From a virus: DNA of 25,013 nucleotides. A program made the translations under genes and the position numbers. Shown here one piece after another: positions 1-7,558 of the stretch. A model generated the notes under the pieces. That model did no database searches. It worked only from the letters and a program-made list of their open reading frames with translations, and was not told the origin of the DNA. The stretch lies in the IMG/VR virus record IMGVR_UViG_3300037558_002946. The stretch is one strand, 5' to 3'. The stretch's first letter is position 1, and each line of letters opens with the position of its first letter.

Positions 1-2
1 TT

Positions 3-251
3 TACAGCATTTCCCTCAACCTTATGGGTGATTGAGTCTCTAAGATGTCCAGTGTCGAGCAATGGTTTAGATGAGCCTTTGCGTTTAATCGTTTCTGGGC
101 TGAGTGGTGGCCATTCAGCTCTACCATGAGATATTGTCTTTTTTATCTGATCTTCAAGGAATGCCCCGACTAAACTCAGTATTCTCTCCTTCTCATCTTC
201 CAAGGCTTTTAGCAAGTCTGGTGTCTTGTCAATGTCCCTAATTCGAATCAT
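3..251 (-). CDS. Virion morphogenesis/neck protein (Mu gpG / HK97 gp10-like), N-terminal part, truncated by the window edge
   Basis: Manual translation: MIRIRDIDKTPDLLKALEDEKERILSLVGAFLEDQIKKTISHGRAEWPPLSPETIKRKGSSKPLLDTGHLRDSITHKVEGNAV. It carries the W-x-P-L-S-P-x-T...K-P-L-x-D-T-G-x-L-R-x-S-I signature, and its ATG overlaps the upstream stop (ATGA). Confidence 0.8.
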   Translation of the reverse strand, partial: MIRIRDIDKTPDLLKALEDEKERILSLVGAFLEDQIKKTISHGRAEWPPLSPETIKRKGSSKPLLDTGHLRDSITHKVEGNAV

Positions 252-565
252 ACTGCCTCCTCGAGAATTGCTTTTCTGTACGATTGGTAATTCTCGTAAG
301 CTCTTATAATGTAGCGCTTGCCATCTATCTCCATCTGCCAGCCAATTTCAAGCTCGACATCGACATAAGCCTTCATCGATGCCTTAGTTATTCCAGCCTC
401 TTGCCAGAATCTCAACTCTTCGGATTTAAGTGGCAAAATTACAGCCCTAATAGTTTCCACTTGCTCTGATTCCTCCAAATATCCATCAATATCTTGCTCG
501 AATACTTTGATCAGCGTTACATCGATTCCCTTCTTTTCCAGGATTTTCGCGAAACTCAACCCCAC
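248..565 (-). CDS. Head-closure/stopper protein (SPP1 gp16-like)
   Basis: 105 aa, beta-rich, with pattern G-x-x-V-T-L...I-R-A-V-I-x-P...D-G-K-R-Y-x-I; lies directly before the neck gene. Confidence 0.65.
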   Translation of the reverse strand: MGLSFAKILEKKGIDVTLIKVFEQDIDGYLEESEQVETIRAVILPLKSEELRFWQEAGITKASMKAYVDVELEIGWQMEIDGKRYIIRAYENYQSYRKAILEEAV

Positions 566-681
566 CCCTCCTTGAGCTGATTGAAGTCATAGCTCCTTGG
601 CAGCTTCCTTATTTTCAGCTCATCACCAACTTCTATTACTTCGATGTATCCTTCACGTGGAACCAAAATTATCAATTTCAT
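556..681 (-). CDS. Small hypothetical protein (41 aa), not in the ORF track
   Basis: MKLIILVPREGYIEVIEVGDELKIRKLPRSYDFNQLKEGWG; ATGA overlap with the upstream gene, and it fills the gap exactly. Confidence 0.6.
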   Translation of the reverse strand: MKLIILVPREGYIEVIEVGDELKIRKLPRSYDFNQLKEGWG

Positions 682-968
682 CTCCACTTACCCATGATGT
701 ACCAAAGTCCAGCAACGAAAGCCATGAACACAACAACACCAATGCAGCCAAGGAGGTCGAAGAGCACCATCATAAGCATTGCTCCGAATGAATACTCGAA
801 GAAATCTCCAAGAAAGTTCGCTTCTCGTTCTTTGCCTTTGAGATAAACGTGCTCTATGAACTCGTAGGCGACAAAAATTACGAACATCGCTGGAACGAAT
901 TTTGTCACGCCACCAGCGAGTATGTGTGCTACCGATCCTTTGCGGTCATCGAACACATTAACCATCAT
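678..968 (-). CDS. Membrane protein (2-3 TM), holin-like candidate
   Basis: Hydrophobic segments in a 96-aa ORF; likely start at 968 (ATGA overlap, GGAGG RBS). Confidence 0.55.
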   Translation of the reverse strand: MMVNVFDDRKGSVAHILAGGVTKFVPAMFVIFVAYEFIEHVYLKGKEREANFLGDFFEYSFGAMLMMVLFDLLGCIGVVVFMAFVAGLWYIMGKWR

Positions 969-1192
969 TTCTCCTCCCTCCCCTTGAACAGCCAACCCCC
1001 AACAGCCACGCTAAGCAATGTTAGCAAAGTCTGCAAGAGGAGCTTGAAAGTGTCCGTGTCTATCGAGACCTCTATTTTTGCAACTTTAAGCAAATACGCA
1101 TAGCTCACAAGGAATGTCAGCAAGATAATCAGTGTCACGATTGCTTTTAGCTCCGCTTTTTGCAACAACGATTCTGGTTGTAGTGGCTTCAT
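965..1192 (-). CDS. Small membrane protein (2 TM), holin-like candidate
   Basis: 75 aa, two hydrophobic helices, charged C-terminus (KGREEK); preceded by the late promoter motif. Confidence 0.55.
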   Translation of the reverse strand: MKPLQPESLLQKAELKAIVTLIILLTFLVSYAYLLKVAKIEVSIDTDTFKLLLQTLLTLLSVAVGGWLFKGREEK

Positions 1193-1211
1193 GAGGGGTC
1201 ATGCAATAATA

Positions 1212-1221
1212 GACTTTAAAA
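1212..1221 (-). promoter_or_regulatory. Late-type TATA element TTTTAAAGTC, 19 nt upstream of ATG 1192
   Basis: Same motif and spacing as at 5689, 8799 and 10607. A second similar element (TTTATAAAGTC) lies at 1243-1253. Confidence 0.7.
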
Positions 1222-1341
1222 GCCCGAAGACAACAACGAGGAGACTTTATAAATGACAAAAAAGTTACTCTCTTCGCTCCATTTTCAAAAATATCAAGTG
1301 TCTAATTTTTATGAAATTAAGCTAAGAAATATATCGCGCTG

Positions 1342-1375
1342 AAAATGGCCCATGCGTATGGGCTGTTTTAAAAAA
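1342..1375. terminator. Hairpin (GCCCAT-gcgt-ATGGGC core) next to a T6 tract after the tandem wHTH gene
   Basis: Inverted repeat 1342-1369 and a minus-strand oligo-T at 1370-1375, just after the stop at 1379. Confidence 0.4.
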
Positions 1376-1378
1376 GAC

Positions 1379-1855
1379 CTAAAGAAGGGATGTCGTGAAG
1401 AGCCGGAGCCCACCAACTCTTATTTCAAATATGTAGCCACGCTTCACGAGTACATCCAAATATTTTTTCAAGGTGTTGTTGTTCCAATTGAGCTTGCACT
1501 TAAGCTGCCAGATGCTTATTAACTTGTTGCTCCTGATTTCGTTGAGCAATTTAAGCATAGATTCCTCCTTTATTATCCTTGCTCCCTTCTGCATCCCTGG
1601 CTTCCTCTTCTTGAAGCCCATTTCGAGCAATATTTGTTCAGCCTCGCTTATCGTGCACTCGAACTCCTTGGGCAGAAAGATCGTTTTACCACCAAACCTC
1701 GCGATTGCAATCAAGTCGCGCTTTCGCAATGCTTTAATTCTTTGAGGTAAGTTGCTGTTGCCTTTATATTGCAAGTTGAATCGCTCTTTGAGTTGCTTGT
1801 ATGTTGCGCAACCCATTTCTTGTATGGCTTGTAAAACCTCCTCTTGAGTTGGCAT
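1379..1855 (-). CDS. Tandem winged-helix DNA-binding protein (putative transcription regulator)
   Basis: Two wHTH-like units: EEVLQAIQEMGCATYKQLKERF...IKALRKRDLI and LLNEIRSNKLISIWQLKCKLNWNNNTLKKYLDVLVKRGYI. Confidence 0.75.
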   Translation of the reverse strand: MPTQEEVLQAIQEMGCATYKQLKERFNLQYKGNSNLPQRIKALRKRDLIAIARFGGKTIFLPKEFECTISEAEQILLEMGFKKRKPGMQKGARIIKEESMLKLLNEIRSNKLISIWQLKCKLNWNNNTLKKYLDVLVKRGYIFEIRVGGLRLFTTSLL

Positions 1856-2140
1856 CTACTCCAACTCCAATTCCATTTCTCTTTCGATTTCTCTCTCCTT
1901 GCGCTCAAACTCTCTCTCGAACTCTGGAACCTCGAACTTGAGCACATTCTCTATGAATTCTCGCACTTCATCGTAGTTCCTTGGTTTGACAACAATTGCG
2001 AGGCCATATTGTTGGACATCGAGTAAGTCGGAGAAATTGTCCTCAAAAAATTGCTTGGCGATTTTAAGGACCTTAATCGCCTTGAGACTCTCGGTCACAT
2101 TCAAATTTTTCTTTGTATCCTTTATATTGTTTTTTGTCAT
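1856..2140 (-). CDS. Hypothetical protein (94 aa, acidic coiled-coil C-terminus)
   Basis: ORF track 1856..2185; start re-assigned to ATG 2140, just after the upstream stop at 2142. Confidence 0.55.
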   Translation of the reverse strand: MTKNNIKDTKKNLNVTESLKAIKVLKIAKQFFEDNFSDLLDVQQYGLAIVVKPRNYDEVREFIENVLKFEVPEFEREFERKEREIEREMELELE

Positions 2141-2141
2141 C

Positions 2142-2423
2142 TTACGATTTAAAGAACGCAATAAACGCCGAAACAATCGTGACAATCACCGTAAAAGCTC
2201 CACCAATTATCTTAAAATAGGATTTGTGTCTCTCTTGTACTTGCTTCAAGTTAGATATGTCCTTTTCATGCCTATCGAGAATTAAGGACTGATCCTTTTG
2301 CTTTTGTTTTATCGCCTCCAAATCAGCCTTCAGTTCTCCGAGCATCCTAAGTTGTTCTTGGTTCGTTTTCTGAACATCCAAAAGCAATTGTTGCACGAGT
2401 TCCTGCCAGTCCTTGCTGTCCAT
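2142..2423 (-). CDS. Coiled-coil protein with C-terminal TM helix (XhlA/hemolysin-like lysis candidate)
   Basis: Heptad-rich N-terminus, then IIGGAFTVIVTIVSAFIAFF; GAGGGG RBS before ATG 2423. Confidence 0.55.
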   Translation of the reverse strand: MDSKDWQELVQQLLLDVQKTNQEQLRMLGELKADLEAIKQKQKDQSLILDRHEKDISNLKQVQERHKSYFKIIGGAFTVIVTIVSAFIAFFKS

Positions 2424-2431
2424 ATTCCCCC

Positions 2432-2872
2432 TCACGGGGCGGACCTCTTGAACAAAGTCGGTCTAACAACAGTTTCTTGCGTTTCTGGATCCACTTCGTA
2501 TTTGGCATAAGATCTCTGTGATCTGAGAAACACTTTCAAGGCTTCATCAGCTTCAAGTCTGAAAAGTTCCATGAGTTGGAGCTTCAACTTGACATTCGGA
2601 TCCTTGCTCTCCCTCAACTCAGCTAAGGTGTACTCGAGAGCATCGGCAGAATCTTTTCCACTCAAATCTCTCGCAATTACATCAGCACAAGCGTAGTACA
2701 ATACCCACTTGAAGATAGATTCAGGAACAAAATCGGAGAAGTCCCTGCCAGTGAGCTCTTTGACTTGCGCGATTCTTCTATCTAAAAAAGATTGGATTAT
2801 CGTATCTGGTGGGTCGGTGGTGTAAGCATCTCCAAGCTTATTCCTGACATCGCTAATCGTTGGGAAGGGCAT
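2432..2872 (-). CDS. Head-tail connector/adaptor protein (SPP1 gp15 / HK97 gp6-like)
   Basis: Begins MPFPTISDVRNKLG...IIQSFLDRRIAQVKELTG, typical of helical adaptors; located downstream of the capsid gene. Confidence 0.7.
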   Translation of the reverse strand: MPFPTISDVRNKLGDAYTTDPPDTIIQSFLDRRIAQVKELTGRDFSDFVPESIFKWVLYYACADVIARDLSGKDSADALEYTLAELRESKDPNVKLKLQLMELFRLEADEALKVFLRSQRSYAKYEVDPETQETVVRPTLFKRSAP

Positions 2873-2878
2873 AGCCCT

Positions 2879-3043
2879 TCACTCTTTCTTTGGCTTGCTC
2901 TTCTTCTCCTCGACAGTCTCGAAGAGTCCTGTTGCGAGCATTCTTTCTGCAACTTTCTCGTCCTTGACTTCTACAATTTCGCCTTTCTTCAGCTTGAACT
3001 CTTTGGAGATGTATGTTGGAGCATTAACGAGTTTTAACTTCAA
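2879..3043 (-). CDS. Small basic virion-associated protein (54 aa), not in the ORF track
   Basis: TTG start after a GAGGAGGTG RBS: MKLKLVNAPTYISKEFKLKKGEIVEVKDEKVAERMLATGLFETVEEKKSKPKKE. Resembles the small ORFs commonly found between capsid and adaptor genes. Confidence 0.7.
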   Translation of the reverse strand: MKLKLVNAPTYISKEFKLKKGEIVEVKDEKVAERMLATGLFETVEEKKSKPKKE

Positions 3044-3056
3044 CTAAATCACCTCC

Positions 3057-3386
3057 TCAACCTTTAATCGTCTTTGGTGCAAAATCGGGCTGAGTGCTCT
3101 TCTCAGCATCGGCTGTCGTGACAACATTGGTCGTGTCTGTTACATTCGTGGTACCATCGTAGTGCAGTCCTGTCGCAGCACAATGCGCATTGTAATCGGC
3201 CTTTATCTCATTCACGAGATCCACCAATGCGTTATACTTGGCCTTAAGATCGTTGATTATGTCTTTTATCGTTGCAAGATCGTCGGCAATATCTCTCAAT
3301 GCTTGTGCAAGGTCAGGTGAACCTTGAGCCCCTCCAGGAGCTAAGTTCGCTCCACCTTCACCAAAGTTCTCTTTGATTACGACCAT
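3057..3386 (-). CDS. Capsid decoration/head-fibre-like coiled-coil protein
   Basis: Follows the capsid gene; Gly-rich N-terminus and heptad repeat LRDIADDLATIKDIINDLKAKYNALVDLVNEIKADY. Confidence 0.5.
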   Translation of the reverse strand: MVVIKENFGEGGANLAPGGAQGSPDLAQALRDIADDLATIKDIINDLKAKYNALVDLVNEIKADYNAHCAATGLHYDGTTNVTDTTNVVTTADAEKSTQPDFAPKTIKG

Positions 3387-3407
3387 CGAAACCACCTAAA
3401 AATTGGG

Positions 3408-4307
3408 TTAAGGTGCTGCAACATTGATGGCTCTTGCAATCGCATCCTTCTCTTCGATTATGAAATCGACCCTTGCTGTCAATGCATACTTGGCGTAGAG
3501 GTCCTTGTCGATCACCTCATCGCTCTGCGTGGTCTTCCTGACAGTTATGTTCCTCTGGATGACCACAATGAGGTTTTGTGGAATCGTAAGCCAGACTTGG
3601 TCATCAGGCCACTTAGGTGGCGTAATTACTGGGAAGCCCCTCGGCATGACTTCCTTGTCGCTGATCAGGAGGGCGTCGCCAGCGGCAGTTGCTCTGTTCG
3701 TTAGGTAGTCTTTGAAGGCTTCGAGCTGATCGGGGCTCATTATCCACACAAGCCCTGGCCTTCTGTATTTGTTCGGTAAAGCCTTGATCAAGTTGCTGAA
3801 GAGCTCCTTATCAATCGAAGCTCCACCATGATCGTAAGTGTGGGTTCCAGTTGCAGCTTGCTTTATCCAACCATCGTCGATCTTCAGAAAGTCGTAGTCA
3901 GGATCTGCTGGATCAGTAGCTGTATCTGCGTTTATGGCGAGATCTTCGAGATCTACGCTGAATTGCTGGGCCATTATCCTTGCAATAGTGTTCGCGAGGT
4001 TTTCGCGCTCAATGTTGTCCTCGATAGCTTCCATCGTTATGCCATACTTGAGCATGACCTTAACAGTATCATAGTTCACGCTGCCTATCGTTACTGATGC
4101 TTCGGAAGCGACAGTTTCTCCTTCGGTTGGGGATCTCAGAATCCTTGATGCTACACCAATCTTGTCGATCTGACCCTTGGGATGGTTAACTGCCAGAACT
4201 CTGCATTTCTTCAGCAAGATCGCTTGCTCTTGTACCATTTGTATGAAGCGATTGGCTTGCTGTCTGTTCATCACTCCAGTTCCCAATTCAGTAGTTGTTA
4301 TGGGCAT
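3408..4307 (-). CDS. Major capsid protein (HK97 fold)
   Basis: 299 aa directly after the protease-scaffold gene (TAAATG junction); resembles HK97/P2-type capsids (EAIEDNIE, DLEDLAINAD, YALTARVDF). Confidence 0.85.
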   Translation of the reverse strand: MPITTTELGTGVMNRQQANRFIQMVQEQAILLKKCRVLAVNHPKGQIDKIGVASRILRSPTEGETVASEASVTIGSVNYDTVKVMLKYGITMEAIEDNIERENLANTIARIMAQQFSVDLEDLAINADTATDPADPDYDFLKIDDGWIKQAATGTHTYDHGGASIDKELFSNLIKALPNKYRRPGLVWIMSPDQLEAFKDYLTNRATAAGDALLISDKEVMPRGFPVITPPKWPDDQVWLTIPQNLIVVIQRNITVRKTTQSDEVIDKDLYAKYALTARVDFIIEEKDAIARAINVAAP

Positions 4308-5669
4308 TTAGAACACCCCCTCAAAACTAACCTCATCTGAATTCCCGCCAACCTTAACCTTCGGAGGCGCTGACTTCGCTTTGAGTACCTTGGTCTCGAG
4401 GATCGTCAAGTAGAATTCCTTGAGATCAGTAACATCCTTTGATTTGAGTTCTTCTTCGTTGATTTCGTCAGTCAAAGCCTTGATCTTCTCAATCAATTCA
4501 GCTTTTTCACGTTCAATGTATTGCTTGACCTCGTTTGCCAATTTCTCGTTTTCTTCTTTGAGTTTAGCGTTTTCAGCTGTGAGTTCACTGTTCTTTGTCT
4601 CGAGTTCTTTGACTTTCTCCGATAATTCGCTGATTGTCGCTTCGAGTTCCTTAACCCTTTTCTCTACTTCTTCCATGTTTTCTTGGCGTGAATTTAGACT
4701 TTTTAAAGCAGAGTGGTCAGTTGCTTCCTCTTCAAGTTTGAGCGCCTTAAGAAGTACCTCTTCGTCGATCTGAAGAGTCTTCAGTACAACACCAACATCA
4801 AGAAGCGATCTATATTCTGGTGGCTCCCTTCCAAAATCGTTTTTGTAGTGGGCCGATAGGTGAGCATATATTTTGCGCTTGTCCTCCTCTGGCAATTTTG
4901 CAACAGATAGTCTGACAAAGCCAGCGATTACTCCTCTCAAGTTGACAGCGTGCGGTTTTGGATGTTTGGTCGGGTTGTGGTGTGGGAACTTCAAGTCTGT
5001 ATAGCGGTCTGGTGGATTCTTGGGAGCCCAAGCAAAGTGGGCTGCGATGAATTGTTGCTCGTCCTCGCTCAATGATTCCCAAGGCTCATCAGTAAAATCA
5101 CTCAAATTCGGTTTCCTCCAAGGCGATTCTTCATCCTTGCCATACTTGAATGTGTGGCGAGGAGATATGCCTTTAATAACCAAGTTCTTCTCGTAAACAT
5201 CTTCGACAACAGCTTCAGGGTTTGAAGGGATGCCGACAAGTGATACTTCGAGTATTTGCAATTTCTTTATCTTATTGCCCTTTCTCTCGAGTACCTTGAA
5301 GCCTATGCTGAACGCATCGAGGAATCCATTTTTAAGAGATTCGTAAATTAGCTCGAAGTATGGATGTGCCTTGTTGAGCATTACCTTTATCCAGAGCTTC
5401 AATATTCCTCTGTCTTCTTTTACAGCTGCATCCACAACTTTTCCGATTGGTATCTCATCCTCGATGTCAAAGTCTCTCTTTATTAGGGGCGCATGCCCGA
5501 TGAAAACCTTGTTGTAAGGCGGATTCACGATGTCTCTTGCCGCTTCCTGTAAGGCTTCTTCGGTTATTATTTCGTCGTGGAGGTCCTCAACAGTGGCAGA
5601 AGCGTATCCTTCAACATATACGTTTTTCTCGTCCTCTTTGGTTTTGAGAGATCTGACTACCAATTGCAT
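4308..5669 (-). CDS. Prohead protease (HK97-type) fused to an inserted domain and a C-terminal coiled-coil scaffold
   Basis: VEGYAS...D-x-H-D-E-I-I, GH, AFSIGF (catalytic Ser region), LEVSLVGIPSNPEA; long heptad C-terminus. Confidence 0.88.
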   Translation of the reverse strand: MQLVVRSLKTKEDEKNVYVEGYASATVEDLHDEIITEEALQEAARDIVNPPYNKVFIGHAPLIKRDFDIEDEIPIGKVVDAAVKEDRGILKLWIKVMLNKAHPYFELIYESLKNGFLDAFSIGFKVLERKGNKIKKLQILEVSLVGIPSNPEAVVEDVYEKNLVIKGISPRHTFKYGKDEESPWRKPNLSDFTDEPWESLSEDEQQFIAAHFAWAPKNPPDRYTDLKFPHHNPTKHPKPHAVNLRGVIAGFVRLSVAKLPEEDKRKIYAHLSAHYKNDFGREPPEYRSLLDVGVVLKTLQIDEEVLLKALKLEEEATDHSALKSLNSRQENMEEVEKRVKELEATISELSEKVKELETKNSELTAENAKLKEENEKLANEVKQYIEREKAELIEKIKALTDEINEEELKSKDVTDLKEFYLTILETKVLKAKSAPPKVKVGGNSDEVSFEGVF

Positions 5670-5688
5670 GTGAGAGTCTGCCAGAATA

Positions 5689-5699
5689 GACTTTTAAAA
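5689..5699 (-). promoter_or_regulatory. Late-type TATA element TTTTAAAAGTC, 19 nt upstream of the protease ATG
   Basis: Shared motif and spacing with the other three late units. Confidence 0.7.
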
Positions 5700-5709
5700 T
5701 GCTGATAAG

Positions 5710-6039
5710 CTAATACACCAAAGTTACACCATCTTCCGAATCGGGCATTCTTGGAGGCTTAACTTCTGGCAAGTTATCCTTAACGATCCATTCTCCCGAA
5801 TCAGCCAATTTATTCGCTGCATACCTCCATAAATATAGGTCTCTTTCCGATTTTATGAGCCACGCGAGAAATGTCGGTCTGGAGTTCATCTCCTGTCGAA
5901 TTCTCTCCAGAGCTCTTTTCCCGAGAGTACCGAATGACTTTGCTGTGACCTCGATTGGATTATGAGGGTCGCTGCCCATACCAATTATCTCTACTTTATC
6001 TGGCAATTCTTTGTGTTTGACTACTATCTTCCATTCCAT
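5710..6039 (-). CDS. Hypothetical protein, candidate immunity protein for the MuF toxin domain
   Basis: 109 aa, immediately downstream of MuF-HExxH, with its own AT-rich TATA-like element. Confidence 0.55.
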   Translation of the reverse strand: MEWKIVVKHKELPDKVEIIGMGSDPHNPIEVTAKSFGTLGKRALERIRQEMNSRPTFLAWLIKSERDLYLWRYAANKLADSGEWIVKDNLPEVKPPRMPDSEDGVTLVY

Positions 6040-6063
6040 TCTACCACTATTTCCTTATTAATA

Positions 6064-7557
6064 TTATATAAAATCTCCCCTCAACACGGAAAGCAAAAAC
6101 GCGAAGACTTCTCTGTCAGCCTCGTACAACTTCTTCATCGATTCCTCCGTGGCGAAATGCTCTAAACCGACACTCACGAACTCTGTCATTATGTCCCCCT
6201 TCAGATCTTCGATGACTTCGGGATTCTCCTTGATTCTCATCAAGTTTCTTACAGAATCCTTAGCCAACTTTGATGGATAAAATCTTCCCATGTACGGACT
6301 TATGTGCTCGAAGCCTTCGAAAATGTAAACATCATATCCAACGAACTCGTAGTTCTTGAATTCGTTCAGTCGCCTCAACTTGTAGCCTCTCTTCCTAATT
6401 CTCGCGAGATAAAACTCTTTCACGACATCTTCAGCGCCATAGTGCTCCAAGTGGTGGCCATATTCATGGAGAAAATCACGCCACTCGTTTTCACTTCCAA
6501 CCCCTCTTATCAGCGTAATTCTCTTCTTCCACCAATTGTAATGTGGATTTCCAGACTTCTGATAATTAATTTGCACATTTCCCGCTTTCTCTATCAACCT
6601 TCTGTTGACCTTTGTGGGTAACAATAATTGTATTCTCTCCCTCAAATCCTTACTGGCTCCTTTCATGTAGCTTTTGTAAATTTCCTTTCCTATTCTCTCA
6701 GACTCAATCACGCTCAATGGTCTACCATTTACAACACGATTAACAGCTTTCGTAAAGCTACCCTCTTCCTTCAACGCTTTTTCGAAATCGTCCAAAGCCT
6801 TTCCAATTTTCTCGTCGATCTCAGGAATTCCAACCCCAAATTCTTCTTTTCGCTCTTCTTCACTTTCTTTATCGAAGTAAGGCAATGTCGTGCACCGGCA
6901 ATTCGGATGCGCTGGTGGGGTAGGGTCCCCGATGTTGAATATCTTATCATGTTTCGCTCCACAAATCGGACAAGTGCGCTCGTCAGCAGCTGCGTACCAC
7001 TTCCACTTCTTCAAGCCAGCTTTCTGATAGCGGTCAATTGCTGCGGCATTAAAAACTCTCGTGGATTCCGTTCTTGCAATACGCTCTGCTTTCCATTTTG
7101 TATCGTTTATTACCTCTTTAACCCGCTTAGTTAACTCCGATATCGATTCTCCTCTAATTATCCCTTCTCTCAACTGGAAAGCTAAAGCCTTCTTCGTCTC
7201 CTCGCTCAAGCCCTTGATCAGATCGAGCTGCAAGTTCTCGAGCTGGAGCAAAGTTTCGTTGTCGAGAATGCCAAGATGTGGCGGTATTTCTATCGTGATG
7301 CCATAGCGCTTCAGCTGTCTGTTTGCGAAATCAGCTCCGCGCTGCCAGAATTGCTGAGTATAGTAAGCAACAACTTCTTCAGCCTTATCGCCAGCGAGGT
7401 GCTTCGATACGATTTGCTTTATCTCCCCGATTGTCGCCTCGTTAATCGCATCTGTAGTACCGAGAACTTCCAGGATTTCTCGCTTTGCCGATTCTGAAAG
7501 CTTTCTCAGCGCTTTAACATACTCTTTTCTGAGGAGCTTTGTCTTCGTTGGATCCAT
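6064..7557 (-). CDS. Head morphogenesis protein (SPP1 gp7/MuF) with C-terminal zinc-metallopeptidase (HExxH) toxin-like extension
   Basis: MuF core RIARTE...W-x-W-x-A-A-x-D-E-R-T-C-P-I-C...PPAHPNCRC. The C-terminal ~250 aa contain FLHEYGHHLE, PYMGRFY and TEFVSVGLEHF. Start re-assigned to ATG 7557. Confidence 0.85.
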   Translation of the reverse strand: MDPTKTKLLRKEYVKALRKLSESAKREILEVLGTTDAINEATIGEIKQIVSKHLAGDKAEEVVAYYTQQFWQRGADFANRQLKRYGITIEIPPHLGILDNETLLQLENLQLDLIKGLSEETKKALAFQLREGIIRGESISELTKRVKEVINDTKWKAERIARTESTRVFNAAAIDRYQKAGLKKWKWYAAADERTCPICGAKHDKIFNIGDPTPPAHPNCRCTTLPYFDKESEEERKEEFGVGIPEIDEKIGKALDDFEKALKEEGSFTKAVNRVVNGRPLSVIESERIGKEIYKSYMKGASKDLRERIQLLLPTKVNRRLIEKAGNVQINYQKSGNPHYNWWKKRITLIRGVGSENEWRDFLHEYGHHLEHYGAEDVVKEFYLARIRKRGYKLRRLNEFKNYEFVGYDVYIFEGFEHISPYMGRFYPSKLAKDSVRNLMRIKENPEVIEDLKGDIMTEFVSVGLEHFATEESMKKLYEADREVFAFLLSVLRGDFI

Positions 7558-7558
7558 G

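Noticed and set aside
5090-5120. PIP-like KPNLSDFT in the protease insertion domain
   Set aside because: Internal position in a late structural protein and no Gln-equivalent; illustrates the chance rate of LxxF motifs.
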